Shown piece by piece: positions 48,989-58,679 of a DNA stretch of 64,000 nucleotides; the stretch's first letter is position 1, and each line of letters opens with the position of its first letter. Source of the DNA: an uncultured bacterium (GTDB taxonomy: Bacteria; Babelota; Babeliae; Babelales; Babelaceae); the NCBI GenBank assembly GCA_963819815.1, contig CAWFXL010000001.1:1088001-1152000 (forward strand), in the 5' to 3' direction. A program made the position numbers and the translations under genes. The notes under the pieces were generated by a model. That model was not told the DNA's origin, made no database searches, and saw only the letters and a program-made list of their open reading frames with translations.

Positions 48989-49552
48989 TCAAGGAGCCAG
49001 AGGATACCAGCGCAGATGCCACGGCTCATAGACATACTCAGTACCACCCTTAGGATAGCTTATCTTAAAGTTAAACTTGGGAGCATTCTTCTCAAGCCAG
49101 CCTACATATTTAAGCTTCGGATCAAGAGTAAAGGTAAAATTATTTTCGGAAGAAAGAACATCTACTACGGTACCCAACTGATGCTCAGAATGGCCAGGAC
49201 GTGCAGAATACGTATTTGCCAACTCTTCGGCCTGTGCTCGAGTTAGCTTGGTATTTTTTGTGCGTTCTTGATCTACCCAACGAGTAAACACAGTCTTCTG
49301 GTAGTCATAACCACGATACCCTGATACTACTTTGAGTGTTAATCCATCTTTCTTCGCAGCATCTAAGAGTCGTTGAAGATCTTGAACAATCCGCTTTGAT
49401 ACTTGTACACCATTAAAGGTTACCAGGTCATGAGGTGCATAGTCACCAAGTGAAATCGTTTTAGATACCTTTTTTAAAGCAGGATCAGCCGCCTCAGTAT
49501 AACCAAGGACAGCTGATACTACAATCACTGTAAAAAGAATCTTAGTAAGCAC
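48989..49552 (-). CDS. M15B D,D-carboxypeptidase (VanY-like), exported
   Basis: SGYR, SARPGHSEHQLGTVVD, YEPWHLR. Confidence 0.9.
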   Translation of the reverse strand: MLTKILFTVIVVSAVLGYTEAADPALKKVSKTISLGDYAPHDLVTFNGVQVSKRIVQDLQRLLDAAKKDGLTLKVVSGYRGYDYQKTVFTRWVDQERTKNTKLTRAQAEELANTYSARPGHSEHQLGTVVDVLSSENNFTFTLDPKLKYVGWLEKNAPKFNFKISYPKGGTEYVYEPWHLRWYPLAP

Positions 49553-49558
49553 TAGTTG

Positions 49559-50194
49559 TTACCCTTGAGCTCTCATAAGATCCGCATATATTTCTACTCG
49601 ACGATTAGGTGCTTGTTGTTGTCTGTCACCAGAAGGCACTATAAGATGCTCACATCCTCGACCGACGACGTGAATTTCTCCGCGAATTCCCTCGTTTGCA
49701 AGAGCATCTTTTACCGCTTGCGCGCGTTTCTCTGACAACATCATATTATAATCAGTAGAACCTGCAGAATCACAGGCATGCCCTTCAAGAGTAATACGGT
49801 ACCCTTTATCAAGAAGTGATTTTATTACCTGAATGTCATGAGCAAGAACCGATCTTTGATCAGGAGGAAGATCGCTCATTTCATACTTATTAAATTCAAA
49901 GTAAAGTGTTTTCAACCCGTATTGAGCACTATCAGCTCGTAGATCTGCAGCCTTTAATTCAGAGCGCGTAGCTTTGAGTTCCTCTTCTTGTTCCATGTTG
50001 GCTGCAACAGCTGCGCTGAATGAGTTCTCATCATCTCTTACGACAAATGCACCCAGTTCATCATCAAATTCCGTACGACTGACAGTTGGCTGTTGAGACC
50101 CCGTCGTCATCTTGCGTGGGGTATAGCGAGAATTTCTCCTGCATGCAGGAACGAGTAATAGAAGACCTGACAGTATGATTATTTTTTTAGTCAT
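49559..50194 (-). CDS. OmpA/Pal-like peptidoglycan-associated lipoprotein
   Basis: Lipobox LVPA-C; YFEFNK, EGHAC, YNMMLSEKRA, NRRVEI. Confidence 0.85.
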   Translation of the reverse strand: MTKKIIILSGLLLLVPACRRNSRYTPRKMTTGSQQPTVSRTEFDDELGAFVVRDDENSFSAAVAANMEQEEELKATRSELKAADLRADSAQYGLKTLYFEFNKYEMSDLPPDQRSVLAHDIQVIKSLLDKGYRITLEGHACDSAGSTDYNMMLSEKRAQAVKDALANEGIRGEIHVVGRGCEHLIVPSGDRQQQAPNRRVEIYADLMRAQG

Positions 50195-50275
50195 TAAACG
50201 TTCCTCCAAAAAATATAGTGATAGTTTGTCGCTATCACTATATCATATGGTAAGAAAATTTCTAGCTAGAAGAAA

Positions 50276-50689
50276 TTACGCGGCTTCTGTCGTTGTCGGT
50301 TCAGTTGCCGCAGGCTCTGTCGCTGAAGCTCTTTCGCCCACTGAGAATAACTCATAAGGAGCTGCACCTTCAACTGTTGAAACAGAGTACACAAATGGTT
50401 GGCCCCATGCATCAACTAAATCTGCTTCTACAGCAAGAGCTTCTGTCCAGTTTTTGCGAAGAGACTCATCTTTAGGTCCTTCAACCAACTCTTTAAGATC
50501 TCCTGGAAGAACGCCAACTTTTTCTTTATAGGCAGCAATTTGAGTATCGAGCTTTTGGAGCTTTTCTCGCGTTGCTACAGCATTATCTTGTTGTGTTTCC
50601 GCAGATTTTTCTTGTGTAGTCTCGCTACTGAACCAGTTACATCCTGGTACCATTAAGAGAAAAAGGGAAAGAACAAGCACTTTTTTCAT
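50276..50689 (-). CDS. Lipoprotein with a GspG (T2SS major pseudopilin) globular domain
   Basis: Lipobox MVPG-C; YK..VG.LP..L..LV..P, DAWGQPFVY and YELFSVG GspG-type motifs. Confidence 0.65.
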   Translation of the reverse strand: MKKVLVLSLFLLMVPGCNWFSSETTQEKSAETQQDNAVATREKLQKLDTQIAAYKEKVGVLPGDLKELVEGPKDESLRKNWTEALAVEADLVDAWGQPFVYSVSTVEGAAPYELFSVGERASATEPAATEPTTTEAA

Positions 50690-50842
50690 AAAATAACTCC
50701 TTAAAATATGTGGGTTTAAGGGGTAGTATACTCCCATATTAGAAAAATACTAGATATCCGTTCTATTTATCCAAAAAGTTATGGTATACTAAGCCTATTA
50801 AAAAATTTATCGTTGGCTCGTTACCTCACTTAGTTAGGCCAC

Positions 50843-52348
50843 ATGAAAAAGATTCTCATTAATGTCACCCCTTGGCAGACACGTGTTGCAATTACACGCG
50901 GGGATAATCTGCAGAATATTTATTTCTCGTCCCATGCTACTGAGCGCTTGGAGCGTTCCTACTTTTTGGGCGTTGTTACCAAAGTGCTTCCTGGCATACA
51001 AACGGCATTTGTCGAAATTGGTAAGGAACGTGCAGGATTTCTGCATATCTCTGAGATAGATCGTTCCCTTGCTCTCAACAAAATGTCCGATGTCTTTGAG
51101 GATGATGAAGAGATACCAAAACAAAGGCCTACACAAAAGCCAGACATCTCAAAGATTGTTAGAGAGGGTGAAACACTTCTCGTTCAAGTAAGCAAGGAGC
51201 CGGTTAATGAAAAAGGTGCCAAGCTTACCACGTGCTTTACCTTACCTGGCCGGTTTATTGTACTTATGCCCAATATCCCTCGGATTGGTATATCTAAAAA
51301 AATCGAATCTCGTGAAGAGCGTGTCCGCTTAAAAGAGCTCCTGCTTTCGAACTTGCCTGCTGGCATGGGAGCAATTATTCGTACAACTTCTGAAGATCAG
51401 AATGCTCAAGACATTTTACAAGATCTTCAGTACCTTGTTTCTACGTGGCGCACGATAGAAGCGCGCGCTAAAGACGCAAAAGCTAAAGAAAAAATCTATG
51501 AAGACATAGATCTGAGCCTACAAGCAGTTAGAGACCATCTTGATACCGATGTTGAACTTGTTATCAGTGATGATCCTGAAAATCAGAAAGAGATCCATAA
51601 ATTCGTAAAGAACACTGCTCCAGAGCATGCTCATAAGGTAAAGCTCTACAGTGGACCTCCTGCCTTATTTGATCGCTATAATATTGAGACCCAGATTGAG
51701 CAAAGCCTTAAAAGTAAGGTCTTCTTAAAATCTGGGGGCTCCATCGTTATCGAGTCAACCGAAGCTATGACCGTCGTCGATGTCAATACGGGCAGATTCA
51801 TAGGCAAAACAAATCTTGAAGACACCATCTTAAAAACTAATATGGAAGCAGCTGAAGAAGTCGTGAGACAATTACGCCTGCGTAATATTGGTGGCCTTAT
51901 CGTTATCGACTTCATAGATATGGCAAGTGGTGCACATCGTCAAAAACTGTTCCGCTTCTTTGAGAAAACTCTTAAGGAACATGACAAATTCCAGTCAGTC
52001 GTTCTTAAAGTATCTGAGTTTGGCCTTGTCCAGATGACGCGTAAGCGCTCTGGCAAGACACTTATGCATGAACTCATGCAACCCTGTGACGAATGCCGTG
52101 GGCTTGGCTTTGTAAAATCAACCTCAAACCAGTCCTATACCGTATTACGGGCACTGACGGAAGAGCTTTCACATAAGAAAAAGGAGTGTAAGTCTGTTAC
52201 TCTCAGCCTGCACCCAGCTATATTTAATTTCATTACAACGCTTGAATACAATGCTATTCTCGATCTTGAAAAAAAATATGGTATCAAAATTATGCTCATA
52301 AGTAGTGACCACATAGAGATTCACAGCTATAAATTTCAGATGAACTAA
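50843..52348 (+). CDS. rng: Ribonuclease G/E family
   Basis: S1 domain AFVEIG..AGFLH, KGAKLT, IIRT, VDVNTG, IVIDFIDM, CxxCxG. Confidence 0.93.
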   Translation: MKKILINVTPWQTRVAITRGDNLQNIYFSSHATERLERSYFLGVVTKVLPGIQTAFVEIGKERAGFLHISEIDRSLALNKMSDVFEDDEEIPKQRPTQKPDISKIVREGETLLVQVSKEPVNEKGAKLTTCFTLPGRFIVLMPNIPRIGISKKIESREERVRLKELLLSNLPAGMGAIIRTTSEDQNAQDILQDLQYLVSTWRTIEARAKDAKAKEKIYEDIDLSLQAVRDHLDTDVELVISDDPENQKEIHKFVKNTAPEHAHKVKLYSGPPALFDRYNIETQIEQSLKSKVFLKSGGSIVIESTEAMTVVDVNTGRFIGKTNLEDTILKTNMEAAEEVVRQLRLRNIGGLIVIDFIDMASGAHRQKLFRFFEKTLKEHDKFQSVVLKVSEFGLVQMTRKRSGKTLMHELMQPCDECRGLGFVKSTSNQSYTVLRALTEELSHKKKECKSVTLSLHPAIFNFITTLEYNAILDLEKKYGIKIMLISSDHIEIHSYKFQMN

Positions 52349-52554
52349 TTGAGATATATTAGAAATATCAGTGATTCAATCTTGGTGAGGGGATCCCTTT
52401 TTCAGGAACAGACATTTGAAAAAGTATTCTCAGATTATCCACCATCAATAGGCATGTCTTGGTGAATTTGCCAAGTATCGATTTAGCGAATCTCTTAAGC
52501 CATCAAATTTAGCGGAAAGGCTTTCCTGTTGCCAAAGAACTCTTTCTGTATTTT

Positions 52555-53295
52555 CTAATAGAGTTCAGGTAAATAATCATGCAACCTTGAAAGATTACAT
52601 GATTTCGAAAACTTCCGCGCGAATAGATATGATTTGTCATTTATGGCTTTTACCAACAATGTAAAGTAGTGCCCATCATTAAGATTTTCAAAAAAGTACG
52701 GGCTGCTGATGCAATCTGGGCACCAGAACTCTAAGGTCAAGTACTCATTTACAATCTCATGTAACAACCCATTGAAAGCAAGGATAGATGATGGAAAATG
52801 CTCCTCATCAAAACGAGCACTCGCAAAGATATCAATATAGGTAGTATCGTCAACCATTAATTGAGCATGCTTTCTATTAAGGACTATCCAGGTACAATTT
52901 TTATAGATATCTTTTAAATTGCCAAATTTACGATCATTCCGACTGTAAGGCGAATGCCAAAATTCACTATAAGGATGACGCATCAAGTGCATATAGGCAT
53001 GCTCAAAAGAAGTAATCGGTATAGCTGTCTCAGAAAGAAACACAAACTTTGAGTTATTCTGATCTTTTAATGCTTCCCTCAGTAACGCAATTTGTGCTTT
53101 CATCGTATTTGCCCACGTCGTAGGAACTATCTCACCGATGACAGAAGGTGCAAAAAATGATCTAGAATCCACTCCGTTCTTCGAATGCATATATATCGAA
53201 CAATATTTTTCGTGGCCTGAAAAATATTTAATCCAGTTGGGTGTATGATAAACATCTCCCACTGTAAGAAAAAGAAACGCTATTTTTGGTATCAT
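52555..53295 (-). CDS. Core-2/I-branching (GT14/Branch) protein, paralog of 3248..3985
   Basis: PKIAFLFLT, TTWANTMKAQIALL identical to the paralog, FVFLSE, DEEHFP, FARKFSKSCNL. Confidence 0.85.
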   Translation of the reverse strand: MIPKIAFLFLTVGDVYHTPNWIKYFSGHEKYCSIYMHSKNGVDSRSFFAPSVIGEIVPTTWANTMKAQIALLREALKDQNNSKFVFLSETAIPITSFEHAYMHLMRHPYSEFWHSPYSRNDRKFGNLKDIYKNCTWIVLNRKHAQLMVDDTTYIDIFASARFDEEHFPSSILAFNGLLHEIVNEYLTLEFWCPDCISSPYFFENLNDGHYFTLLVKAINDKSYLFARKFSKSCNLSRLHDYLPELY

Positions 53296-53531
53296 AATCC
53301 AAACCTCAGTTGGGCGACAAAGTGCTATTACTACAAACTCTATTATTAATAGTACTCAAAAGTCAAGGTTTGTTTGGACTTCTAGAATGATGCTATAGAA
53401 ATGTCTTGATAGAACGCTAACTCCCACTATAGAACTATTTCTGAGAACAAGAACTTGCTCGAACCGTAACTTATGATACGAGCAAGCTTACATGCTAAAA
53501 GGATAACCAATATGCGATATTATACTGAGCT

Positions 53532-53996
53532 TTAGTTCACCGGACGTCCACCGCGAAGCCTATGCTGTTTTCTTTGGGGGAATGGAGTCCCTCTTTCCTT
53601 TTCTAAAGTCTCTATCGCAAGTGCAAATGCTTCCTCCGCAAACCCTGCTACGGTAAGTCCCGGCTCCCAATACACGGCATTTTTCACTCGATCAACAAGT
53701 TCTGTGGATATATGAAGGGTAATACGTTGCTTGGTTGCACGCGGCAACTTCTCTTCAGGAATTCGTGTTCCTTTAATAGCAAGTTGTCCTTGCACATCAA
53801 CTTCTACCGCTTCACCAAACTCAACAGGTACATGCGCGGCCTGCATAGGAACTTCTGGAGCCTTAGGTTGGGGAGGCTCAGCATCCTTCTGTGATACCTT
53901 GGGTTTTTCGTTCATCTTGCTCGACACCTTCGTTGAACTCTTGGGCGTCGAGAGATACTCTTCTAATGGATTAAGACCTATAGTTTTTTTGCTCAT
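53532..53996 (-). CDS. Putative ParA partner with C-terminal ribbon-helix-helix
   Basis: Flexible N-terminal tail then QRITLHISTELVDRVKNA...TVAGFAEEAF (beta-alpha-alpha pattern); 17 bp downstream of parA. Confidence 0.6.
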   Translation of the reverse strand: MSKKTIGLNPLEEYLSTPKSSTKVSSKMNEKPKVSQKDAEPPQPKAPEVPMQAAHVPVEFGEAVEVDVQGQLAIKGTRIPEEKLPRATKQRITLHISTELVDRVKNAVYWEPGLTVAGFAEEAFALAIETLEKERGTPFPQRKQHRLRGGRPVN

Positions 53997-54013
53997 ACAT
54001 CCTGACCTTACTT

Positions 54014-54778
54014 TTATTGTGCATTTTCTTGACGGATTACTTCTTTAGCAAGATCTTGATAATCGATAGCTCCATTGCTGGAAGCATCATATTCTGTAAT
54101 CGGCTTTTGAAAAGAAGGTGCCTCTGATAGGCGAATATTTTCGCGAATAGCAGTTTCATAAACTAAACCACTAAAATTCTTACGTAGCTCTTCTACTACT
54201 TCTCTGGCATGACGCGTGCGACTATCCACCCTACAAGGAAGAATGCCAGAAATTTTCAGGACATTATTCAGGCGGTGTCTCACCACATCTACCGTTTGCA
54301 GCAATTGTACAAGACCAGCTACGGCCATAATGCGCGCTTCAACAGGAACAATAACTTCCTCACAAGCAGTAAGCGCATTTATGGTTAGTATCCCAAGCGT
54401 AGGTGAGCAATCTATAAGGATATAATCCCACTTAGCTTGATCTAATTCTTGTATTTTTTGCTTTAATAAAGTTTCAGCACCCACTTCATTGGCTAACGTT
54501 TTCTCCAGGCCATACAGCCATGAAGAAGAAGGGATAACGTCGACACCAAGAGTGGTTGTACTGGTAATAACAGACGTAAGTGGGGTGTTTTCAGTAAAGA
54601 CACTTAAAAGGCCTTTCTCAACCGTCGTTCTACCAAACCACTGTGAAGTGGATGCTTGAGGATCCAAATCTATAACTAAAACTTTTCGTTTCTTTTGCGC
54701 AAGAGCGGCGGCTAAATTTACCGTCGTGGTTGTTTTGCCACTACCACCCTTTTGGTTAATTATCGCAATCTTCCTCAT
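54014..54778 (-). CDS. parA: ParA/Soj family ATPase (short type, no N-terminal HTH)
   Basis: NQKGGSGKTTT, DLDPQ, IDCSP, LSEAPS. Confidence 0.93.
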   Translation of the reverse strand: MRKIAIINQKGGSGKTTTTVNLAAALAQKKRKVLVIDLDPQASTSQWFGRTTVEKGLLSVFTENTPLTSVITSTTTLGVDVIPSSSWLYGLEKTLANEVGAETLLKQKIQELDQAKWDYILIDCSPTLGILTINALTACEEVIVPVEARIMAVAGLVQLLQTVDVVRHRLNNVLKISGILPCRVDSRTRHAREVVEELRKNFSGLVYETAIRENIRLSEAPSFQKPITEYDASSNGAIDYQDLAKEVIRQENAQ

Positions 54779-54954
54779 GTATTCCTCAACTCTCTCATTA
54801 GAGACCCAAGTCTAACAAGCACAAAAATTATTAACAACTTTTATGCTATTTTAACCATTATCATTATTTGCTTCCAATAATGTTAATACTCTCCAATGAA
54901 ATAATAAGCATGAAATACATAAATATGATAATTACCGCTAAAGAAACCTTATCA

Positions 54955-55674
54955 TCATATATGTCAATAGATACATTATAAGTATTTTATGCAACGTAAC
55001 CATATCATGCAATTATCGTCTTTGCAAGTTTTTTATGAAATCAAGCCAATACCCAAAATACCTACCTTGTTTACATTTTAATACTTACATTAAATACACT
55101 CAACACTTTCATTTATCGCATTTACATAAATATATTAAATGCAATAAACACATCACTACTAACCATTTCCCCCATTTAATTAAACTGCGCCCATGTCAAC
55201 ATTGACACCATATGATTCATTTATTCCATTTGTCGCTATACACAAAATACATCCAATGATTGCGTTTGTGACATTTTATGAAAAACACACAACACATTTA
55301 ATGCTGCCATTTACTACATTTACACCTATGCAAATTATACGTACATTGCCTTCATTTAGTGTATTTGCTCCAATATACTAAATGAAGGCAATGCATACAT
55401 TGGGGGCGATTTATTATTTTACAGCTTTTAATACAACGCCGCCTTAACACCCATTTATGCCATTTAATAAAAACCATAAATAGCCTCATGGTAATAAAAG
55501 CACTCATTTAAGATGTGTAATAAATGCTTTCTTTTCATGTGTATGCGGTATATGCATAATTTAATGAATTGCGTTCTTTGGATGGATTGTATGTATTTGC
55601 TTATTTTGATGAAAGGAATGAAATGTAATAATTGCTGCTATTTGTGGTATTTTATATATTGTGGGTATTTGTTG
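54955..55674. repeat. Degenerate 9-bp-phased repeat array (nCAWWWnnn) with orientation flip near 55510
   Basis: Phased units at 54955..55026 (8), 55199..55414 (24; acattgaca ccatatgat tcatttatt ccatttgtc...) and looser inverted units at 55522..55674 (aaatgcttt...aaatgtaat). Confidence 0.65.
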
Positions 55675-55681
55675 TGTTTTA

Positions 55682-55734
55682 AAGATAAGACATCTACCAA
55701 TTTATAGCTGGGCTCAGTAGAAATGTCTTATCTT
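55682..55734 (-). terminator. Stem-loop downstream of the knottin-like gene
   Basis: AAGATAAGACAT ... ATGTCTTATCTT 12-bp stem plus inner CTAC/GTAG. Confidence 0.55.
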
Positions 55735-55749
55735 AATGAATCATATACC

Positions 55750-55974
55750 TCAACAAGGTACACAAAAACCATTCCCTGAACAATTGCTTCCAGGACAACA
55801 ATCACCATCACTGTCACATTTACCATCCCCTTGCTCCCAATTACATATACCAAGGGAACCTGGTCGAGACATCATAGTTTCTTCACCATAGCACTCGGCA
55901 TTGAGGGATTGGACTGAAGTAGCGATAGGAAGACTCAAAAGTGCGAGAATAATAGCTATATGTGCTGCTTTCAT
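55750..55974 (-). CDS. Secreted 8-Cys knottin-like peptide
   Basis: Signal peptide; C-x8-C-x5-CC-x4-C-x5-C framework; AAGGAG RBS; downstream hairpin. Confidence 0.75.
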   Translation of the reverse strand: MKAAHIAIILALLSLPIATSVQSLNAECYGEETMMSRPGSLGICNWEQGDGKCDSDGDCCPGSNCSGNGFCVPC

Positions 55975-56311
55975 AGATACTCCTTTTATTATATTTCAAC
56001 AATAAGTATATCTTTTACTTTACCAAATTTTCATATAAGATTTCAATGGTTCTTAAAAATATTTTTTCCATTCACATTGGAGGGATTACAAGAAGGTTCT
56101 ATGTTTCGGTATGCTTCAGGCTTTCCATCTCATAAGTTCTTTCTTCCGCCCCTCAAATAGTTCATATTACCGCTCATTTTCTATTAGCCACCTCACTCAT
56201 CATGTTACTCCCCAGCATACTAACGCTACCGATGAAGCCACATAGATGAACCCTCTCTTTTTTGATATACTTGCTCACAATACATTACTTGATACTCCAT
56301 AAGGACCACCA

Positions 56312-57772
56312 GTGAAAGAAAACCCCTCTATCTTAGATAAATATCCTGATTATGAAGTAACAATCGGTATGGAAGTGCATATTCAGCTCATCACGAACAG
56401 CAAGCTCTTCTGCAATAGTTCTAATGCAATTACCGATACGCCTAATGTTCATATCTGCCAGATCTGTACAGGGCAACCTGGGGTACTTCCCGTATTAAAT
56501 AAGCAGGTAGTTGTAGCTGCCGTGAAAGCCGGACTTGCGCTCAATTGTGATATTCAGCAGCGCTCCATATTTGCACGGAAGCACTATTTTTATCCAGATC
56601 TTCCAAAAGACTACCAGATTACTCAAAATGACTTTCCTATCTGCCTCAATGGGCATTTAGCTATAAAACTTCAAGATGGGTCTACCAAAAAAATACGTCT
56701 TACTCGTATTCATATCGAGGAAGATGCAGGAAAAAATATACATAGCTCCCTAGGCCATGAAAGCTTCGTTGATTTTAATCGAGCGGGAACACCCCTATTA
56801 GAAGTAGTAAGCCTTCCCGATCTCTCTAGCGCCTACGAAACGCGAGAATATCTGAAGAACCTCCGTCTTATTGTGCAATACCTACAGATCGGCACTGGCA
56901 ATATGGAAGAAGGAGCATTTAGAGCTGATACTAACATATCAGTCCGCAAAAAAGGTGCTAAAGAATTTGGTACCCGATGCGAGCTTAAGAATATAAACTC
57001 ATTTAAGTACATTTCAGATGCCATTGAATATGAAATTGAGCGGCACATTACAACCTTGGAAGCGGGGAAAAAACTCTTTCAAGAAACAAGGCTTTGGGAC
57101 ACTAAAGAGGGTGTTACCAAAGTTATGCGCTCAAAAGAAGAAGCGGTAGATTATCGATATCTTACAGATCCTGACCTTCCCTCAATTGATCTTGATCCAG
57201 AATTTATTGCCCAAATTAAAACTCAGATGCCGGAGCTTCCTTTTGAGAGGCTGACCCGCTACACCAATGATGGTCTTTCTGAATACGAAGCCGATATCCT
57301 TATTACTGATCTCTCAATAGCTCAGTTTTATGAAAAAGCCCGCACATACACGAAAAGCAAACATCTTATCAACTGGGTTCTTCGAGATTTTCTTGGGCTA
57401 CTTAAACAAGAAAAGCTGGAACCTTCAACCTGCAAAATCACTCCCGAAATGCTCGCCAAGTTAGTCGAAATGGTTGACAGCGGGGCCATTAACAATCGTG
57501 CTGCCCAAGAAATCTTTTCAGACATGGCTACTACTGGACAAGATCCACATACCATTATGGAGAAAAAGGGTCTGCAGCAGATGGGGGACACCAAAGAGCT
57601 TGAGCTCATGGTCCAAAACCTTATCAAAGAATATCCTGATAAAGCTGCCGAGCTTAAAGAAGGCCGAGACCGACTGCGCGGATTCTTCGTTGGTGAGGTT
57701 ATGAAAAAGACTCAAGGTAAAGGAAACCCTCAACTCATCAACCAAATTCTTGATTCTCTACTGAAGAAGTAG
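56312..57772 (+). CDS. gatB: Asp/Glu-tRNA amidotransferase subunit B
   Basis: IGMEVHIQL, RKHYFYPDLPK, HIEEDAGK, DFNRAGTPLLE, ELKNINS, FFVGEVMK. Confidence 0.97.
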   Translation: MKENPSILDKYPDYEVTIGMEVHIQLITNSKLFCNSSNAITDTPNVHICQICTGQPGVLPVLNKQVVVAAVKAGLALNCDIQQRSIFARKHYFYPDLPKDYQITQNDFPICLNGHLAIKLQDGSTKKIRLTRIHIEEDAGKNIHSSLGHESFVDFNRAGTPLLEVVSLPDLSSAYETREYLKNLRLIVQYLQIGTGNMEEGAFRADTNISVRKKGAKEFGTRCELKNINSFKYISDAIEYEIERHITTLEAGKKLFQETRLWDTKEGVTKVMRSKEEAVDYRYLTDPDLPSIDLDPEFIAQIKTQMPELPFERLTRYTNDGLSEYEADILITDLSIAQFYEKARTYTKSKHLINWVLRDFLGLLKQEKLEPSTCKITPEMLAKLVEMVDSGAINNRAAQEIFSDMATTGQDPHTIMEKKGLQQMGDTKELELMVQNLIKEYPDKAAELKEGRDRLRGFFVGEVMKKTQGKGNPQLINQILDSLLKK

Positions 57773-57893
57773 TCTTTTTTACGTAAGTCTGGCGGACTCA
57801 TGATTGAGTTCCCTTCCATCAATTAGGTAAAGCCCTTGTGGCAGCTCATCTAAGAGTATTTTCACCCACCCCAAACAATTCTTATAGAAACTA

Positions 57894-57923
57894 TTGCAAT
57901 TCAATACTAGTTTTAAATATACT
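57894..57923 (+). promoter_or_regulatory. Putative sigma70 promoter for the mini-protein array
   Basis: TTGCAA-18 bp-TATACT about 40 bp upstream of the first gene. Confidence 0.45.
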
Positions 57924-57964
57924 ATAAGTAACAATGTGAAAATATCTCATTAAAAGGAGTCATC

Positions 57965-58192
57965 ATGAAATGTATTGTAGCTTTACTAGCACTATGTGCA
58001 CTTGGTATAGCGTTCCAAGCGAGTGCTGAAGAAAAGACCAAGTATATCTGTTCGTTTGGCGGACTTACGACTGTTGAATTTGATACGAAGGAAGAGTGCT
58101 TTAAAGCATGTCTACAACCCGGTATAGCTGCCGTGTGTCAAAAAGCAAGCATCGAAACTGATATCGAAGACTCGGAAGAAGATATCTACTAA
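57965..58192 (+). CDS. Secreted 4-Cys mini-protein 1 (divergent member, acidic tail)
   Basis: Signal peptide ending ASA; FDTKEECFKAC; AAGGAG RBS. Confidence 0.75.
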   Translation: MKCIVALLALCALGIAFQASAEEKTKYICSFGGLTTVEFDTKEECFKACLQPGIAAVCQKASIETDIEDSEEDIY

Positions 58193-58215
58193 GATTTTTC
58201 CTCAAAAAAATCTAG

Positions 58216-58241
58216 AGGGGGTGAGTTAAGTCTCATCCCCT
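58216..58241 (+). terminator. Stem-loop after mini-protein 1
   Basis: AGGGGGTGAG-loop-CTCATCCCCT. Confidence 0.45.
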
Positions 58242-58279
58242 TACTAACTTTAAATTGTAACTACATCATGGAGAAAAAC

Positions 58280-58543
58280 ATGAACTTTCAAAACCTATTC
58301 TTCTTTGTATTATGCCTATTAGGGGCAGGGGTAACGATAAACGCTATGGGACCTCAAGGAAATTATACTTCTAAAGAGGCATGTGAAAAAAGCTGCGGCA
58401 AAAACATGTGTTATTATCATTCGCAATCAGCACCGGCACCTGAACGACAAAAAAATATTGATCCTTTAGCAATCGATATCGGTGTACGTTATTCTGTAGC
58501 ATTTATGCCAGTTGGATGGTATTGCAATCAAATCCTTAATTAA
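58280..58543 (+). CDS. Secreted disulfide-scaffold mini-protein 2
   Basis: Conserved signal MNFQNLFF; YTSKEACEKSCGKNMC-34 aa-GWYC..LN; GGAG RBS. Confidence 0.8.
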   Translation: MNFQNLFFFVLCLLGAGVTINAMGPQGNYTSKEACEKSCGKNMCYYHSQSAPAPERQKNIDPLAIDIGVRYSVAFMPVGWYCNQILN

Positions 58544-58679
58544 AAGTATACTCGCAATCGGTACCGCTACTGAGAAGATTCCCGAGGAATGATACTTGCA
58601 GATGTAACTAAACTAGAGAGACACTCATCCCGACTGCAACGTAGAAAACAGTCGTATTTAAAAAAATGGAGAAAAAAAC

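Noticed and set aside
40551..49552. van-type glycopeptide resistance cluster
   Set aside because: No vanH, vanX, vanR or vanS; the ligase and carboxypeptidase are separated by housekeeping genes
54955..55674. Possible CRISPR array or oriC
   Set aside because: No 23-47 bp conserved repeats with spacers, no cas genes, and no DnaA-box cluster seen
55193..55707. Two small ORFs (62 aa and a Cys/Met-rich 64 aa)
   Set aside because: By-products of the 9-bp periodic DNA; no RBS or signal peptide; neighbouring repeat segments contain stops
57965..58192. Kunitz domain call from FDTKEECFKAC
   Set aside because: Resembles only the Kunitz C-terminal helix; lacks the 6-Cys pattern and the YGGC/GNxNNF motifs
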